The notes beneath the pieces were generated by a model, which did not search any database, had not been told where the DNA came from, and worked only from the letters and a program-made list of their open reading frames with translations. DNA of 56,579 nucleotides from an uncultured Bdellovibrionales bacterium (GTDB lineage: Bacteria > Patescibacteriota > Minisyncoccia > Moranbacterales > UBA1568), in contig CAZATJ010000001.1 of assembly GCA_964488025.1 (NCBI GenBank), forward strand, positions 73,104 to 129,682. The letters are read 5' to 3'. The translations under genes were made by a program, and so were the position numbers. Position 1 is the stretch's first letter; every line of letters begins with the position of its first letter. Positions 54,307 to 56,579 of the stretch are shown piece by piece.

Positions 54307-55386
54307 TTAACAACCACCGCTACAGTAAACTCCCCCGTCCCTCGCCGGTGGTGGCGGTTTGGCATATGTATTGACCAGCACGTCAGTCCGTTGACTCACC
54401 TCCTTGGTAAATTTCGCCGCTGGACCAAGGGCTCTGTCCACCTCGTTAAGTTTTCCTACAATCTTATTATCAACGCTTCTGATTTCCTTTCGAATACTCG
54501 CTTGAATCTTTCCTACTCCGCGCTGCACGAGATTGGAGATCGTCTTGTTCACCAGTGCCGACATCACTCCGGAAAGAAATTCTCCCGGGTTCTGGGCCGC
54601 CGCAATAATATTGTTTCCGATATTTTGAACATTGTTGGATATCCCCATTACCGTCGCCGCCGGAGCGATGGTAACACCGTTTTGTTCCACTCCGGTAAAT
54701 CCCGAAGACTGAGCCTTCGTTTTCGCCAGTTCTTGGGCATTCGCCAGTTCTTGAGCATAGGCTGTCTGAGAAACCATCTGGAATCCAAAAGGGTTATTCA
54801 TCGGATTCGACACAAAGGCATTGAAACCCCTGAAGTCCCCTTCCTGAAACATGATCTGCGGGTTCGGCGTATACTCGTCCAGATTATAGGTCAAAGACGG
54901 GAAACTCGCGCCAGACTCGTCCGGAATCCCCGCGTTACTGACCAGATAATTAACATAATTCCCACTCACGTTTCCGGCTACATCCCCGATACCGACATAG
55001 TTCGCCGATGCGTATTTTCCGCGAGTCGTCAAAGTAAAAAAATCATTCATGTAAAGCCGTGCTTGCTGAGCCGGTGTCTCGTAGAGATAATTATTCCAAT
55101 CAGTGATAAAAAGGGCCTTACTCGAAGATGAGCCGCCAATCATCTGCCCAACCTTACTGTTCAATATCTCAGTAGCCGCTATTTTAAGAGTTCCCATTAT
55201 CGCACCCTCGATCTGACGCTTGATAGTATCCATGATTTGTCCCATCAGCTCAGCCCCTATGGACTCCCCCCACGCACCAGCTCGAGCCGGTGATGGAACA
55301 AAAACCACAGAAGCAACCACGAAAAAAATAAGCAGACCTTTTGCTAAAAATATCCGAGAAAAAATATTTTTTACCACCGTACTCAT
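54307..55386 (-). CDS. Secreted/membrane-anchored hypothetical protein
   Basis: Signal peptide ending ARA, helical body, C-terminal YCSGGC. Confidence 0.78.
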   Translation of the reverse strand: MSTVVKNIFSRIFLAKGLLIFFVVASVVFVPSPARAGAWGESIGAELMGQIMDTIKRQIEGAIMGTLKIAATEILNSKVGQMIGGSSSSKALFITDWNNYLYETPAQQARLYMNDFFTLTTRGKYASANYVGIGDVAGNVSGNYVNYLVSNAGIPDESGASFPSLTYNLDEYTPNPQIMFQEGDFRGFNAFVSNPMNNPFGFQMVSQTAYAQELANAQELAKTKAQSSGFTGVEQNGVTIAPAATVMGISNNVQNIGNNIIAAAQNPGEFLSGVMSALVNKTISNLVQRGVGKIQASIRKEIRSVDNKIVGKLNEVDRALGPAAKFTKEVSQRTDVLVNTYAKPPPPARDGGVYCSGGC

Positions 55387-55393
55387 AACATTT

Positions 55394-56416
55394 TTATAGA
55401 TCTATAGGAATTTCTTTTATTCCCAGTTCATTCAATTTCCCAGAAACCTCCGATGAAAAATCGGAAACCACTCCGAGAAAACCTTGTATCTTTGAAAGTG
55501 ATGCAATCTGCCCGATGGGATCGTTTTCACTGTTTGGCTTGACTTCATTCTTGAGCTCCATGGTATACCTTGCCATTCTCATCGCTTTTATATGAACATC
55601 AAGCATCCCCTCAGGAACCTCGACATCCTTTGTCTCATCAAGAATTTTTTTTCCTTTATTTGCCAAATCTTCAACATACTTACTGTTTCCTAACATAAGC
55701 GCAGAAAGAGATTCCGTACCGAGAGAGGTGAGCATCGTGTCAAGGTCGGTATCATTGTGAAGTTTCTTCGGAGAATTATTGGCCAAAATATAGGCCATGA
55801 CGGTCAGATATTCTACGGCATCTTCTTTCTCCTGTTCGGTACGCTTATCCCCTTTCAATTTATTTGATAACTTTTTTATTTTTATCCCATCGACACTTAC
55901 CTCTGGCAACACGACTTCTTGATCGGTCTGACTCATAATATTCTCCACCGACGCATTAATATCATCAATCGTCACCTCGCCATTGGTGCCAGACGAACTC
56001 TCCTTAACGATACTAGCAATTTCCTCGGAAACCTGATCCGTCATATTTACCGTTTTGGTACCTAATTGGGTTTCGGCACTTTCCCGAGTATCAATACCGG
56101 CAGAGAGCTTATCTCCGGGCGCGGCCTTCATCGGATCATACCCGCTCTCCACCTCCACACCATCCATATACCCATCACCATCAGTATCTTTGTTCAACGG
56201 ATCAGTCTTGTAGAGTGCTTCCTCATCATTACTGAGTCCGTCCTGATCCGAATCTTGAAAAATATTTTTACCCGTAACAGTGTCATCAGCAAAAACAAAA
56301 AAAGTCACACTCAAAAAGAGGAGACTAAAAAAAAGAAACATGGTAACCCGCGCGTTGGTCTCTGAAATACCCGACAGAAAATAGCGCAACATAAAAAATA
56401 ATTTTGATTTTTTCAA
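55394..56416 (-). CDS. Signal-anchored protein with bacterial TSP3-type Ca-binding repeats
   Basis: DSDQDGLSNDEE.LYKTDPLNKDTDGDGYMDGVEV..GYDP; start uncertain. Confidence 0.82.
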   Translation of the reverse strand: MKKSKLFFMLRYFLSGISETNARVTMFLFFSLLFLSVTFFVFADDTVTGKNIFQDSDQDGLSNDEEALYKTDPLNKDTDGDGYMDGVEVESGYDPMKAAPGDKLSAGIDTRESAETQLGTKTVNMTDQVSEEIASIVKESSSGTNGEVTIDDINASVENIMSQTDQEVVLPEVSVDGIKIKKLSNKLKGDKRTEQEKEDAVEYLTVMAYILANNSPKKLHNDTDLDTMLTSLGTESLSALMLGNSKYVEDLANKGKKILDETKDVEVPEGMLDVHIKAMRMARYTMELKNEVKPNSENDPIGQIASLSKIQGFLGVVSDFSSEVSGKLNELGIKEIPIDL

Positions 56417-56579
56417 ACACCGTCCTTCAAATGCGGATCACTACTGCATCTCTGAAAATAGTATATCATTTTTTAAAAATAATACCAATAGTTTTTTAAA
56501 GACACATCCCTCATAATCAACTCCATAAAAAAATTTTATTCCCCCATGCTCGAGAATTTCCTTGTAAAGACACTTCCAA

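Noticed and set aside
54217-55131. 304-aa plus-strand ORF
   Set aside because: Crosses a terminator and lies antisense to a better supported secreted-protein gene
1-56579. CRISPR array, DGR/retron, IS transposase, rRNA, or recoded stop codons
   Set aside because: No regularly spaced repeats, RT, transposase or rRNA signatures were seen; conserved genes translate full length in the standard code and TGA serves as a stop (e.g. 18872-18874)

Overview
A 56.6-kb stretch of a bacterial chromosome using the standard genetic code. It is most consistent with a Patescibacteria/CPR (Parcubacteria-like) genome: short IF-2, four-S1-domain RpsA, VirB2-like pilin array, PrgI/VirB4/VirB6 block, and many signal-anchored hypothetical proteins. 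The lineage is inferred from gene content, not from a marker search. Housekeeping genes (korAB, typA, infB, cca, xerC-like, pcrA, rsmA, comM, lspA, yraN, pnp, rpsO, gyrA, rpsA, gmk, tilS, ftsH) and four intact tRNAs (Ser-CGA, Pro-CGG, Leu-TAG, Val-GAC) are interleaved with three minus-strand envelope/T4SS-like clusters (2919-6020, 15996-27838, 54307-56416). No relaxase, transposase, reverse transcriptase, CRISPR array or att duplication is visible. Best leads: (1) an approximately 560-nt, highly base-paired, apparently non-coding transcription unit at 37748-38312 with its own near-consensus promoter and a U-tract hairpin; (2) a six-gene, eight-domain pilin array, including a pilin with a beta-defensin-like six-Cys head and a separately tuned major-pilin cassette; (3) an inverted repeat pair bracketing the solute-binding-protein/methyltransferase genes; (4) a broken tRNA-Pro paralogue carrying a double-hairpin repeat; (5) several enzymes with lost catalytic motifs (Gmk P-loop K-to-E, His-less CPBP, MBL fold); (6) an isopentenyl phosphate kinase plus an enlarged UbiA prenyltransferase.
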